Numbered from the whole stretch's first letter, positions 49,677-59,967 are shown. The stretch: DNA of 63,918 bases, filler included, from Acidimicrobiia bacterium (GCA_046759765.1; 7 parts of 7 records of this genome joined end to end with filler, not necessarily neighbours in it), one strand, 5' to 3'. Notes: generated by a model not told the origin, from the letters alone. Numbers and translations: made by a program.

Positions 49677-49776
49677 CGAACGTATGTTCGTATAATAGTC
49701 GAACATGTGTTCGAGTCGAACATATGTTTGATTTAGGAGACCGTCGCCGGTACTCTGTCGAGGGAACACACGTTCG
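49677..49776. promoter_or_regulatory. Four Gram-positive-type LexA (SOS) boxes
   Basis: GAAC-N4-GTT(C/T) at 49677-49690, 49699-49714, 49716-49731, 49763-49776; TATAAT at 49691. Confidence 0.9.
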
Positions 49777-49785
49777 GGAGACGAG

Positions 49786-50403
49786 ATGGAGCCGCTCACT
49801 AACCGTCAGCAGGAGATACTCGACTTCATAGAAGAGATGGTCGAGGCTCGGGGCTACCCGCCCTCAGTGCGCGAGATCGGCGATCGAGTCGGGTTGCGGT
49901 CGCCGTCGACCGTGCACAGCCATCTTTCAACTCTCGTGAACACCGGTTACATCCGAAGGGACCCGACCAAACCACGGGCCCTGGAGATTGTCACTCGTCC
50001 GCCTGTCCGAGAGCATGACCGTGCGGTCCGCAACGTGCCGCTGGTCGGTCGGATCGCCGCCGGCGTTCCGATCCTCGCCGAGGAGGACATCGAAGCTACG
50101 TACCCACTGCCCACTGAGATCACCGGACCCGACCCGGTCTTCATGCTGACCGTGCACGGGGATTCGATGAAGGATGTTGGGATCCTTGACGGCGACTTCG
50201 TCGTAGTCCGTAGTCAGCCGAACGCTCGAGACGGGGATATCGTCGCCGCGCTGATCGACGACGAGGAGGCAACGGTCAAGCGTTTCCGCCGCTCCGGAAA
50301 CAAGATTGTGCTGGCACCCGAGAACCCGGACTTTGAGCCGATGACCTTCTCAGACGGAGTGCGGATCCTCGGAAAGGTGGTAGCGGTCTTCCGCAGCCTC
50401 TAG
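49786..50403 (+). CDS. lexA: SOS repressor LexA
   Basis: GYPPSVREIG, VGRIAAGVP, GDSM, ATVK. Confidence 0.97.
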   Translation: MEPLTNRQQEILDFIEEMVEARGYPPSVREIGDRVGLRSPSTVHSHLSTLVNTGYIRRDPTKPRALEIVTRPPVREHDRAVRNVPLVGRIAAGVPILAEEDIEATYPLPTEITGPDPVFMLTVHGDSMKDVGILDGDFVVVRSQPNARDGDIVAALIDDEEATVKRFRRSGNKIVLAPENPDFEPMTFSDGVRILGKVVAVFRSL

Positions 50404-51152
50404 CGCAGACCCCAAGACCCCTCGAAGACATAGCGGGCCGGGCCGGTGATCCACGTCGTGCCGGCATCAATCTCCACGATCAAATCCCCTCCGCGCAGTG
50501 AAACGACGGCAGGTGAATCCGCCATATCCCGGTCGACCGCGAGAGCGTGAGCAGCAGCTGCTCCGGTTCCGCAGGCGAGGGTCTCCCCGGCCCCGCGTTC
50601 GTAGACCCGCAAGCGAAGGCGATCGTGCCTCTCCACCGCCAGGAACCCGACATTGACGCCACCCTCGAATTCGGAAGCGATCTCTGGGCCGACGACGGCC
50701 ACGTCTTCTTCCTCAGGGTCGCCAACCAACACGACCGCGTGCGGGTTGCCTATCGAAGCGGTGTGAACAATCCGCCCTGCGAGTTGCCGCTCCCCCGTCA
50801 GCTTGACCCTTCCCAGCTCGGCTCGGTACTCGCCCGAGGCGAGCCGAGCGACTTGATGAGAGCCGGCCAACGTTTCAACGACCAGGCCGGCGGCGGGGGC
50901 CAACTCCCGGTCTGCTGCGTATCGGGCCGCGCATCTGAGTCCGTTTCCCGACAGCTCAGCTCTACTGCCGTCGGCGTTGAATACCTCCATGCTGATCCGC
51001 CCATTCTTCGGCGTAACCACCAGAACGCCATCCGCGCCGATACCCCTCCTTCGATCCGACCAGAAGGCGACCTCGCTCGGGTCGAGGTCCTTCGGACCCT
51101 CAAGGACAATGAAGTCGTTGCCCAGACCCTCCATCTTGGTGAAAGCAGTCAC
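50400..51152 (-). CDS. dapF: Diaminopimelate epimerase
   Basis: FTKMEGLGNDF, GIGADG, NADGS, GNPH, ERGAGETLACGTG; first catalytic motif reads SGNG rather than CGNG. Confidence 0.92.
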   Translation of the reverse strand: MTAFTKMEGLGNDFIVLEGPKDLDPSEVAFWSDRRRGIGADGVLVVTPKNGRISMEVFNADGSRAELSGNGLRCAARYAADRELAPAAGLVVETLAGSHQVARLASGEYRAELGRVKLTGERQLAGRIVHTASIGNPHAVVLVGDPEEEDVAVVGPEIASEFEGGVNVGFLAVERHDRLRLRVYERGAGETLACGTGAAAAHALAVDRDMADSPAVVSLRGGDLIVEIDAGTTWITGPARYVFEGSWGLR

Positions 51153-52042
51153 GACGTCTCGACACGCTCGAAGGCACTCCACACTCCGCGGTGCCGGGCA
51201 TCTTCGTCGTCGCTCCAGGGCAGCCAGGCGATGCGGGGGTCCCTGCGGAAGAACGTCCTCTGTTGTCTGGCCAAACTCAAAGTGGCTCTCCGAGTCGCCG
51301 CCAGGCCCTCTTCGAGAGACGAGTCTCCTCCGAGGACCGGAATTAGCTGGCGGTAGCCGACGGCCTGTGAAGCCGTTCTCCCCATACGCTCGGCGAGCGC
51401 CCCAATCTCAGCCATCAGCCCGGCGGCCATCATTTCATCGAGCCGGTCGTCGATTCGCTGGGCAATGCGATCTCCGGGATCGATTCCGACGGCCCGGAAC
51501 GCGAAGTGAGATTGATAGGTCCGCATGCCGCCGGAATCCCGGCCCGAAGGGACCTCACCGGTGATCATCGCGATCTCCAGGGCCCTGATCACTCGTCTCG
51601 CGTTAGCGAGGTCGATGTGATCTCCGGCCCCCGGGTCGAGACGAAGCAGCTCTGCCCGCTGCTCTTCCGTGCTCATCGCTTCGATGCCGGCTCGAAGCTC
51701 GGGATCATGAGGGGGAAAGCGAAGCTCATCAACCAGGGACCGAAAGTGAAGGCCCGATCCGCCGACGATGATCACCTGCTCGAGCGACTCGAGGACGGCG
51801 CGTCCGCGCTCTTGATAGTCAGCCACCGTGAATGTCTCCTCCGGCTCCACGATGTCGATCAGGTGATACTTCACCTCCTCTCTCTCTAGCCGCGTCGGTT
51901 TGGCGGTACCGATGTCCATGCTGCGGTATACCTGCATCGAATCCGCCGAGATGACCTGTGCGTCGAGCTGGAGGGCTAGTCGGTGTGCGATCCGACTCTT
52001 GCCGGAGGCTGTCGGTCCGACGATCGCCAGGATGTCTGTCAG
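51149..52042 (-). CDS. miaA: tRNA dimethylallyltransferase (probable CTG start)
   Basis: In-frame LTDILAIVGPTASGKS...ISADSMQVYRSMDIGTAKP extends 35 codons above the first ATG. Confidence 0.92.
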   Translation of the reverse strand: MTDILAIVGPTASGKSRIAHRLALQLDAQVISADSMQVYRSMDIGTAKPTRLEREEVKYHLIDIVEPEETFTVADYQERGRAVLESLEQVIIVGGSGLHFRSLVDELRFPPHDPELRAGIEAMSTEEQRAELLRLDPGAGDHIDLANARRVIRALEIAMITGEVPSGRDSGGMRTYQSHFAFRAVGIDPGDRIAQRIDDRLDEMMAAGLMAEIGALAERMGRTASQAVGYRQLIPVLGGDSSLEEGLAATRRATLSLARQQRTFFRRDPRIAWLPWSDDEDARHRGVWSAFERVETS

Positions 52043-53427
52043 ATGGCGCTCCCCACCAGGTAGTGCGTAAACGCTTCGGTGATCTGAGCCTTCACAAACA
52101 CACCCGGTTGGTGCTCTCCGGGAATGTGAACAGGGTGGTTGCCGCGGGTGCGCGCCGTTACTCGGGTCGGGTCTTTCTTCGACGGTCCTTCGACTAGCAC
52201 CTCCAGCCTGGCTCCGACCTGCGCTTCGTTCTTGTCCAGTGAGATGCGATTCTGCAGCTCGGTCAGGCGGGCGAACCGGTCGGCAATGACTTCCGGCGGC
52301 ACAAACTCATCCGTGAGGGTGGCAGCCTGCGTTCCCGGACGAGGCGAAAAGATGAACATGAACGCGGAGTCGTAGCGCGCCTCAGAGACGAGGTCCAGTG
52401 TCTGCTGAAAGTCCTCCTCGGTCTCGCCCGGGAACCCCACGATGAGGTCGGTCGAAACGGCCAGGCCAGGCAGGTACTGGCGGGCCAACTCGAGCTTCTT
52501 TAGGTAGCGGGCGGCGTTGTAGCCGCGGTGCATGCGAGCCAGGATTCGATCGCTCCCGCTCTGCAAAGGCAGGTGGAGCTGCTCGCAGACGGCCTCGGTC
52601 TCGGCCATAGCTGCAGCTACGTCTTCTCGAAAGTCGGCCGGATGAGGGCTGGTGAACCGCAGACGGTGAACCCCCTCGACACTCCCCACGCGTCTGAGCA
52701 GCTCGGCAAAGGCAGGCCGGCGGCGTCCGTCGAGGGCAAGGTCACGGCCGTACGTATTGACGTTTTGCCCCAGGAGCGTCACCTCCACCACTCCATCCTC
52801 TACCAGCCATTCGACCTCACGAACTACGTCGCCGGGTCGCCGGCTCATCTCCCGGCCGCGGACGGAAGGCACGATGCAAAACGTGCAGGTGTTGTTGCAG
52901 CCGATCTGGATGCTGACCCACGCCGAGTGTGCCACCTCACGCCGAACGGGCAGGTCGGAAGGAAGAGCCTCTAACTCCTCGGCGAATTCCGCCACCGGGC
53001 CCCACTCCTGGGCGTAGTCAAGCAAGGCCAGCGCACGATCCAGGTTGTGCGTGCCCAGGACCACGTCGACCCAGGGCGCCCGCTCTTGAACCAGCTCGCG
53101 GTCCTTCTGAGCAGCACACCCGCCGACCATGATCGCCAGGTCGGGATTGTCGTCCTTCAGCGCCTTCAGGTGGCCGAGATGGCCGTACAGCTTGTCATCG
53201 GCGTTCTCCCGAATGGTGCAGGTGTTGATGAAGATCACGTCGGCCTGCTCGTAGGTCGGAGCTGCCTCCATGCCGTCAGAATCGAACAGCCCGGCCAGGT
53301 GCTCGCTGTCGTGCTCGTTCATCTGGCAACCGAAGGTTCGGATGTGATACGTCCTGCCTTGCCGAGTCGGCCTACGTCGCTCGACCTTCCGCAGCCTCGG
53401 TTCCTCGAGCAGGGCCGGTTGGCTCAT
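52039..53427 (-). CDS. miaB: tRNA methylthiotransferase
   Basis: TFGCQMNEHDSE, CNNTCTFC radical-SAM motif, TRAM domain. Confidence 0.96.
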   Translation of the reverse strand: MSQPALLEEPRLRKVERRRPTRQGRTYHIRTFGCQMNEHDSEHLAGLFDSDGMEAAPTYEQADVIFINTCTIRENADDKLYGHLGHLKALKDDNPDLAIMVGGCAAQKDRELVQERAPWVDVVLGTHNLDRALALLDYAQEWGPVAEFAEELEALPSDLPVRREVAHSAWVSIQIGCNNTCTFCIVPSVRGREMSRRPGDVVREVEWLVEDGVVEVTLLGQNVNTYGRDLALDGRRRPAFAELLRRVGSVEGVHRLRFTSPHPADFREDVAAAMAETEAVCEQLHLPLQSGSDRILARMHRGYNAARYLKKLELARQYLPGLAVSTDLIVGFPGETEEDFQQTLDLVSEARYDSAFMFIFSPRPGTQAATLTDEFVPPEVIADRFARLTELQNRISLDKNEAQVGARLEVLVEGPSKKDPTRVTARTRGNHPVHIPGEHQPGVFVKAQITEAFTHYLVGSAI

Positions 53428-54980
53428 CAGCGGGCGTAGTCCGTAACTCGAAGCTCGCGAATGACGGTTACCTCGATCTGACCCGGATACTGCAGGTCCT
53501 CCTCCAGCCGCCGAGAGATCTTCCGCGCTAGATCCGCCGCCCCGAGATCATCCAGCGAGTCTGGATCGACGACGACGCGAACTTCACGGCCGGCCTGCAT
53601 TGCGAACACTCTGTCAACGCCGCTGAAGTCCGATGCCAACTCCTCCAGGCGTTCCAGCCTCCTGACGTATGACTCGAGAGCCTCTCGGCGAGCACCGGGT
53701 CGAGTGGCGGAAACGGTGTCCGCCGCCTGGACCAGCACTGCGAGCAGCGTGCGTGGCTCGACGTCGTTGTGGTGTGCCTCGATTCCATGCACAACCTCCG
53801 GCTCCTCGCCGAAGCGCCGTGCTATCTCCGCGCCTATGAGCGCATGGGCACCTTCGACCTCGTGCGACACTGCCTTTCCGATGTCATGCAGCAGCGCAGA
53901 TCGCTTGGCCTCAGTCGGATCGATACCCAGCTCGGAGGCCAGCATTCCGGCCAGATGGGCTGACTCGACCAGATGCTTCAAGACGTTCTGACCATATGAC
54001 GTCCGATACTTGAGACGCCCGAGCAGCGTCACTAGCTCAGGGTGAACCCGGGAAACGCCCACCTCGACCATTGCCCACTCGCCCGCGTCACGGACAGTCT
54101 GCTCGACCTCGGCCCGCGCCTTCTCGACGGCCTCCTCGATTGAGGAAGGATGGATACGGCCGTCGGTGACCAGCCGCTCGAGGGCCAGCCGGGCCACCTC
54201 GCGTCTGACCGGATCGAAAGAGGTTATCGAAACCGCTTCCGGTGTGTCGTCCACGACCAGATTGACTCCCGTGATTGCCTCAAAGGCGCGTATGTTGCGG
54301 CCTTCCCGGCCGATGATCCTGCCCTTGCGGTCCTCAGCTGGAAGCGGGACGACCGAGACGGTGCTCTCGGTTACTACCTCCGAGGCGAGACGTTGAATGG
54401 CAGTGGTGAGGATCCTCCGAGCCCTTCGGTCGGCTTCCTCTCGTGCTCTGATTTCGAGGTCGCGCACCAGAACCATGGCCTCGCGGCGCGCCTCCTCTTC
54501 TACTTCCGAGAGGAGTTCCTCCTTGGCTGCTCTGGGATCGAATCCCGCGATCCGCTCCAGCTGGTGCCGCGCGTCTTCCCGCAGGCTCTCGGTCTCAGCC
54601 TTCTGCTCCCTCACCTCGTCCTCGCGGTGGATCAAGAGCTGTTCCCGCTGAGCAAGGTTGCTGGCCCGCTGCTCCAGCGTCTGCTCTCGCTGGGTTACTC
54701 GTTCCTCTAGAGCCTTCATCTCGAGCTTTCGGTGCTCGAGCTCGGCTTCCTCTCGTTCGCGGTAGGCCTCTGCCTTGGCCCGCGCTTTCTCCTCCGCGCG
54801 TGTTAACAGCCGCTGAGCCTCAAGCCGCGCCTCCGCCACCACGGAGGAGGCATTCGCGCCCGCCGACTCCGCGGAACGACGATCTCTCACCCTCGAGATC
54901 CAGTAGCCGGCTACTCCAGCCAGGAGGAGCAGAACCACGACCGCGGCGGCACCTAAGACCGCTCCCATCGGTCCGCTCAT
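53427..54980 (-). CDS. rny: Ribonuclease Y
   Basis: N-terminal TM, coiled coil, KGRIIGREGRNIR (KH), LLHDIGK (HD). Confidence 0.96.
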   Translation of the reverse strand: MSGPMGAVLGAAAVVVLLLLAGVAGYWISRVRDRRSAESAGANASSVVAEARLEAQRLLTRAEEKARAKAEAYREREEAELEHRKLEMKALEERVTQREQTLEQRASNLAQREQLLIHREDEVREQKAETESLREDARHQLERIAGFDPRAAKEELLSEVEEEARREAMVLVRDLEIRAREEADRRARRILTTAIQRLASEVVTESTVSVVPLPAEDRKGRIIGREGRNIRAFEAITGVNLVVDDTPEAVSITSFDPVRREVARLALERLVTDGRIHPSSIEEAVEKARAEVEQTVRDAGEWAMVEVGVSRVHPELVTLLGRLKYRTSYGQNVLKHLVESAHLAGMLASELGIDPTEAKRSALLHDIGKAVSHEVEGAHALIGAEIARRFGEEPEVVHGIEAHHNDVEPRTLLAVLVQAADTVSATRPGARREALESYVRRLERLEELASDFSGVDRVFAMQAGREVRVVVDPDSLDDLGAADLARKISRRLEEDLQYPGQIEVTVIRELRVTDYAR

Positions 54981-55213
54981 GTTGCACCTCGTCTGAGACT
55001 CGGGCCCTGAGACGCGACATGCCGAGCGTCAACGCTCGGCACACACCACACATCCGGCTTTCCCCTCAGGTCGTGCCGGTAAGCACCCCCCTACATCTCG
55101 CGGTACCCGATCTCGTCATGTTGTGTTTCAGTTTCGTGCTCAGTGAATGTGTGTGCTTCCGCCATCGTACTCCATGGTTCTCGACCGTGGGCCTCTTCTC
55201 CTCCGAGCCGGTT

Positions 55214-55596
55214 TCAGGAGTCCTCGGCGACTTCCTCGGAGTCGTCGGGTACCTGCACCGGGTCCGCCAACCCGACCGCCTCCAGCACCTGAGCCTGCAG
55301 CTGCAAAGCGATTTCGGGATTCTCCCGCAGGAACTCCTTAGCCCGTTGACGGCCCTGCCCCAGCTGGTCCTCGTCGAACGTGTACCAAGCACCGCTCTTA
55401 CGTACGATCCCGCAGTCCAGCGCCACATCCAGCAGGCTCCCCTCCCGGGAGATGCCCTCTCCGAACATGACATCGAACTCTGCCTGGCGGAAGGGAGGAG
55501 CCACCTTGTTCTTGGCGACTTTTGCCCTCACCCGGTTGCCAATCGCCTCCTGGCCTTGCTTGAGCGTCTCGATCCGCCGAAGGTCGATCCGCACCG
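55214..55596 (-). CDS. recA: Recombinase A, 3' part (5'-truncated)
   Basis: [24 protein letters not shown]. Confidence 0.96.
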
Positions 55597-55696
55597 NNNN
55601 NNNNNNNNNNNNNNNNNNNNNNNNNNNNNNNNNNNNNNNNTTAATTAATTAANNNNNNNNNNNNNNNNNNNNNNNNNNNNNNNNNNNNNNNNNNNN
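55597..55696. other. Artificial contig linker
   Basis: N/TTAATTAATTAA/N. Confidence 0.99.
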
Positions 55697-55961
55697 GGGC
55701 TCGCCGTTCGTCGATGAGCCGCCGGTGAGCGATCACGAACACCCAGCTCCGGAACGCTGCCCGATCACCCTCGAATCGGTGAATGCTGCGCGCTAACTCC
55801 AAGAACACCTGACCTGTTACATCCTCCGCCTCGTACGCACCTCGGCTCCGCAAGTAGGCCGTCACTGGGCCGGCCAGATCGTGGAAGAGCTCCGCCCATG
55901 CCGATTCCGCACCTGCCTTGGCGGCGGCGATCAGCAGCTTGAACGAGTCACTAGAAGGCAC
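55697..55961 (-). CDS. ECF sigma factor (3'-truncated)
   Basis: AEDVTGQVF, FRSWVFVIAHRRLIDERR region 2. Confidence 0.85.
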
Positions 55962-56039
55962 AGAGCCTCGGAGGCTGGGGAGGTTGACGGGTCGACATCG
56001 GATGACCTGCGCTGATTCCGGCCACTTATCGAGGGCACA

Positions 56040-56843
56040 CTACCACCGAGAGTGGTCGTCATCGGTTCTGCCTGTCAGAACGAGTGGGCAGTCTCGGAAG
56101 GGATGATCGACCACCACCATTGGCTGCGCGTAGACGGTGCTGAGGAGGTTCTCGGTTAGGACTGCATAGGGCTGGCCTCGGGCGACGACGGTTCCTTGAT
56201 TCATCAGCATGATTCGGTCGGCGTGGATAGCGGCCGCGTTGAGGTCGTGGAGAACGACGATCACGGCCTTCTGTTGTCGAGAGAGGAGAACCGCTTCGGC
56301 CATGATGCGTTCCTGATGGCCGACGTCGAGCGCGGTGGTGGGCTCGTCGAGAAGCACAACCGGCGTGTCCTGAGCCAGAACTCGAGCCAGGGCGACACGT
56401 GTCCGTTCCCCGGCCGACAGCGTGGCGTAGATGCGACCGGCGAATCGCGCTGTGTCGGTTCGTTCCATAGCCTCGGCAACGGCTGCGACGTCCTGCTCAG
56501 CGGTGTTGTTTGCGTCGCGCCGATAGGGAAAGCGTCCCATGGAAACGACTTGGGCTGCGGTGTAGGGGATGTCGATCGGGGTGCGCTGGGTGAGCATCGA
56601 GCGCAGTAACGCAAGGTCACCGGGCAAGGCGCCAGCGGTGTGGATACCCTTGAGGGTGACCTGCCCCTCGGTGGGTTGAAGATTCCCCGCCAAGAGGTTG
56701 AGCAGGGTGGACTTGCCGGCTCCGTTGGGTCCGATGACCGCGATCAGCTCACCTTCGTCCGCTGCAAGCTCGACTTCCTGAACGAGTAGCGCCTCGCCTA
56801 CGCGGTAGGTGAGCGAGGTGGCGAGAACAGCAGGTTCAGCCAT
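56040..56843 (-). CDS. Heme/siderophore/B12-type ABC ATPase (HmuV-like)
   Basis: GPNGAGKST, LSAGERTRVALARVLAQ, LLDEPT, VLHDLN. Confidence 0.92.
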   Translation of the reverse strand: MAEPAVLATSLTYRVGEALLVQEVELAADEGELIAVIGPNGAGKSTLLNLLAGNLQPTEGQVTLKGIHTAGALPGDLALLRSMLTQRTPIDIPYTAAQVVSMGRFPYRRDANNTAEQDVAAVAEAMERTDTARFAGRIYATLSAGERTRVALARVLAQDTPVVLLDEPTTALDVGHQERIMAEAVLLSRQQKAVIVVLHDLNAAAIHADRIMLMNQGTVVARGQPYAVLTENLLSTVYAQPMVVVDHPFRDCPLVLTGRTDDDHSRW

Positions 56844-57876
56844 CTCGCCGTCTGGTGAGGAGCCACAGGAACACGGGTCCGCCCACCGCGGCAGTGACCA
56901 GTCCGACCGGGATCTCCACTGGTTCGAGTGCGAGCCGAGCGACGAGATCGGCTGTCACGAGGAAGAAGGCCCCGCCCGCGAGGGCTGCGGGCAGCAGGTA
57001 GCGGTGGGATGGGCCGGTGACTCGCCGGACCAGGAACGGCACCAACAGGCCGACGAAGGCCACTATTCCTACTGCCCCGACGGTGGCTCCGACGGCTGCT
57101 CCGGCGGCAATGAGGAGAACGGTCCGGACTAGGTCAACGTCGATGCCGAGATGTCTGGCGTCGGCTTCCCCGAGCCCCATAATGTCGAGAAGACGCGCCG
57201 AGGCGAGCATGGCAACGGTCATCACCGCGAGAAAGACGACGGCGGTGCCGAGGGCCCGCCAGGTCGACCCGGTCAGGCTTCCAAGGAGCCAGAATTCGAT
57301 CGGGGGCACCGTCGCCCGGTTGGCTGCGAACACCACGAACCCCACCCAGGCGCTGAGTGCTGCTCCCAGCGCAACACCCGAAAGGATGATCCTGGTGGGA
57401 TCGATCGATGCCCTCCGTGCAAGTCGTCTGACCGCAAACCCGGTCAGCACCCCGGCGGTTACCCCACCGGCGATGGCTCCCTGCACCCCGCCCGCGGCCG
57501 ACCCGATCGCGGCGCCGATGGCAGCGCCGGGACCGACACCGAGAAGATGCGGATCGGCGAGGTCGTTCCGTAACAGCCCCTGGAGAACCGCACCGACCAG
57601 GCCCAACGTCGCTCCTACCGCTAGGGCGAGGAGAAGTCGCGGCATCCGGATGCCCCACACGACGGCCTCGGCTTGATTCGTCGGCTCGGTGAAGAGGTTC
57701 AGACCGACTTTGTTGGTGAGTACTCCGAGCACTTCCGCAAACGGGACCGACACCGCCCCGAACGACAGCGCCGCTCCCGCAGTAACCAGGAGACCGAGTC
57801 CGACTGCTGGTGCCAGCCAGCGACGGCGTGACGCGTACGGATCGCTGCTCCGGGCGAGCACTGGCGGATTGGTCAA
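56836..57876 (-). CDS. FecCD/HmuU-family ABC permease
   Basis: IRMPRLL, QGLLRNDLADP, EADARHLG, FVGLLVP, GGPVFLWLL. Confidence 0.92.
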   Translation of the reverse strand: MTNPPVLARSSDPYASRRRWLAPAVGLGLLVTAGAALSFGAVSVPFAEVLGVLTNKVGLNLFTEPTNQAEAVVWGIRMPRLLLALAVGATLGLVGAVLQGLLRNDLADPHLLGVGPGAAIGAAIGSAAGGVQGAIAGGVTAGVLTGFAVRRLARRASIDPTRIILSGVALGAALSAWVGFVVFAANRATVPPIEFWLLGSLTGSTWRALGTAVVFLAVMTVAMLASARLLDIMGLGEADARHLGIDVDLVRTVLLIAAGAAVGATVGAVGIVAFVGLLVPFLVRRVTGPSHRYLLPAALAGGAFFLVTADLVARLALEPVEIPVGLVTAAVGGPVFLWLLTRRRDG

Positions 57877-58832
57877 CCGATATCCGGATACAGGTCGCGG
57901 ACAAACTCCTCGAGCGCCTGACCGGCGCGTGGACCCAGGTTGAAGAAGTAGGCCTCGTCATAAGCAAGGAAGGCCTCGTTTTGCCCGGCCGGGGTCTCCG
58001 CAACGCCTGGCAGCTCGAGGAAGGCCTCGATTCCCCCCAGGGCGGCCAGACCGGCCTCAGGCAGCACGATCACCTTCGGGGCTGCCGCCACCAGCGCCTC
58101 CGGCGTCAAGGGTGCCGGTCCGAACACCCCCGCCTCGGCGCCGGCGTCTATCGCGCCCGCTCCTTCGATCATCGCCTGCGTCGGCGTGCCGGCGCCGAAG
58201 AGGAAGACGATCTGGGGGCCACGAACATAGACGAAGGCCACCTTGGGATCGGAATCGTCGATCGCGGCCAGCTCGCGGGCGGCGGCGATCTCACCCATGA
58301 CGCGCAGTGCGAGCTGCTCTCCTTGATCGGGGACACCGAGGATCTCAGCTACTTGCCGGATCTTGGTCCCGACTCCATCCAGGGTGGTTTGCGTCTCCAG
58401 GATCACAACCGGTACTCCCGCAGCTCGTAGCTGCTCGATAGCTTCGGGGGGTGCTACCTGCTGGTCGCCGAGGACCAACGACGGCTCAAACCGCAGCACT
58501 GCTTCGGCGGCCAGCTGTTGCGCAAAGCCGACCGTCTGTCCCTGATCGTTCAGGGCCGCGGCCTCGGGTGGATAAGTCGTCGTGACATCGACCCCCACCA
58601 CGTTCGCTCCTAGCCCGAGCTCGAAGATGATCTCCGTCAGATCACCATTCAGCGACACGATCTTCGACACATCGCTGATCGTCGTCTCGATACCATCGGC
58701 ACCAAGGAACGTTCGCTCCTCCGTAGGAGTCGCCGCGGGTGTCGTTGTGGTCTGAGCTGTGTCATCGCCGCCGCAGGCAGCCAATACGACTGCTGTTAGA
58801 AGAGCCAATATCCGCAGGGCGCTTATTCTCAT
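57873..58832 (-). CDS. HmuT/BtuF-like substrate-binding lipoprotein
   Basis: LAAC lipobox, IVSLNGDLTEIIFELG, VGVDVTTTYP, LTPEALVAAAP. Confidence 0.88.
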   Translation of the reverse strand: MRISALRILALLTAVVLAACGGDDTAQTTTTPAATPTEERTFLGADGIETTISDVSKIVSLNGDLTEIIFELGLGANVVGVDVTTTYPPEAAALNDQGQTVGFAQQLAAEAVLRFEPSLVLGDQQVAPPEAIEQLRAAGVPVVILETQTTLDGVGTKIRQVAEILGVPDQGEQLALRVMGEIAAARELAAIDDSDPKVAFVYVRGPQIVFLFGAGTPTQAMIEGAGAIDAGAEAGVFGPAPLTPEALVAAAPKVIVLPEAGLAALGGIEAFLELPGVAETPAGQNEAFLAYDEAYFFNLGPRAGQALEEFVRDLYPDIG

Positions 58833-58834
58833 CC

Positions 58835-59578
58835 TCAGCTACCCGTCGTTCCGCTGACAGAAGGAACCGGCGCCTGCCGCTGGCCTCGATGGATCGAGAC
58901 TCTCTTGTCACCGGTGATCACCTGGTAGCCGGCCCAGATCAGCAAGAGCCCGATCAGCTCAGTGACGTACAACACCTCGACGATCCCTGCCCGTGCGAAC
59001 GCACCGCCTATGCCAGGCAGAATGGCTCCGACCGCGATCAGAATGTTTCCCAGGACCCGAGGTGACACCCCATCGTGACGCCAATACCGCCACGCTGACC
59101 AGATCGCCCCCCCGATCAGGAAGACCACCGCATACAGATTGACCAGCGGCGAGAAGAGCCTGACCCACTGCCAGGCCATAACTTCCCCAGACAGCCGGTT
59201 CGCCTCCACTAGCTCCGAGACGATCGGAGTCGACACCACAAACGCCGATGCAATCGCGACGTAGGTGACGAGAGCCACAGCAAACCGATCGGCCAGCCGC
59301 CTCGGAAGCAGCAAGTACACGGTGCCCTGTGCCAGAGGAGCGCCCCCAAGCAGTGCCCCGGCGACGTACCAGGCCCGGAAAACCGGTTCCTGCCAGCCAA
59401 ATACGGTCGTGAGCGCCTCGGTAAGGGTGCCGAGGCCGTAAAGGCCGACACCGATCATCCACCACAACACGTGGCGGGCCGACGGATTCCGCCGCCAGTG
59501 CCGCCACAGGACACGAAAGAACAACACCGCCACAACAGTCGTCACGATCGGCAGATAATGAACCAAGCTGCGTGACAA
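58835..59578 (-). CDS. Hypothetical seven-TM membrane protein
   Basis: Multiple TM helices; GGAGG before TTG; 2 nt upstream of binding-protein gene. Confidence 0.75.
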   Translation of the reverse strand: MSRSLVHYLPIVTTVVAVLFFRVLWRHWRRNPSARHVLWWMIGVGLYGLGTLTEALTTVFGWQEPVFRAWYVAGALLGGAPLAQGTVYLLLPRRLADRFAVALVTYVAIASAFVVSTPIVSELVEANRLSGEVMAWQWVRLFSPLVNLYAVVFLIGGAIWSAWRYWRHDGVSPRVLGNILIAVGAILPGIGGAFARAGIVEVLYVTELIGLLLIWAGYQVITGDKRVSIHRGQRQAPVPSVSGTTGS

Positions 59579-59890
59579 CCGACCCTCCAACGGCGCTTCG
59601 TCAGAGTGAAACTCGTTACACCGCCGACAGAAAGTCGATTCCAAACCGACGCAACGTCGGTAGAGCCCACAGCTGTCGGGAAGGCGCCCCGACCTGGCAG
59701 ATCACCGGGCGAGCGACCAGCGCTCTCCGACGATGACAGCGGGTGCTCCTACACGTCGCTCCAAGGCTGTCTGCTGACGGCCGGATTCGTCAGGCGGCCA
59801 CTAGAAAATCGCCCTCGGGAAAGCCCCGTGGGTCAATGGTTCGCGTCGCTCCTCCGACACTAAGAAACCCTTACAGAGCAAGGGTTTTGG

Positions 59891-59912
59891 GAAAGAGAGG
59901 CGGTGCCTCTCT
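59891..59912 (-). terminator. Hairpin terminator after adenylate cyclase gene
   Basis: AGAGAGGC-GGT-GCCTCTCT with short T tract on minus strand; second hairpin AAACCCTT/AAGGGTTT at 59865-59887. Confidence 0.5.
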
Positions 59913-59967
59913 CCTTGTGGTTCCCCAAGGGATCCCACCGGGCGATGGGGAGGCCTGAAACGACAGA

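Noticed and set aside
59640..59960. Cobalamin riboswitch upstream of the HmuTUV-like operon; tRNA-like 3' remnant ATCCCTTGGGGAACCA near 59920-59935
   Set aside because: No B12-box or GCCACTG core found; the tRNA-like string is too short and lacks a T-loop.
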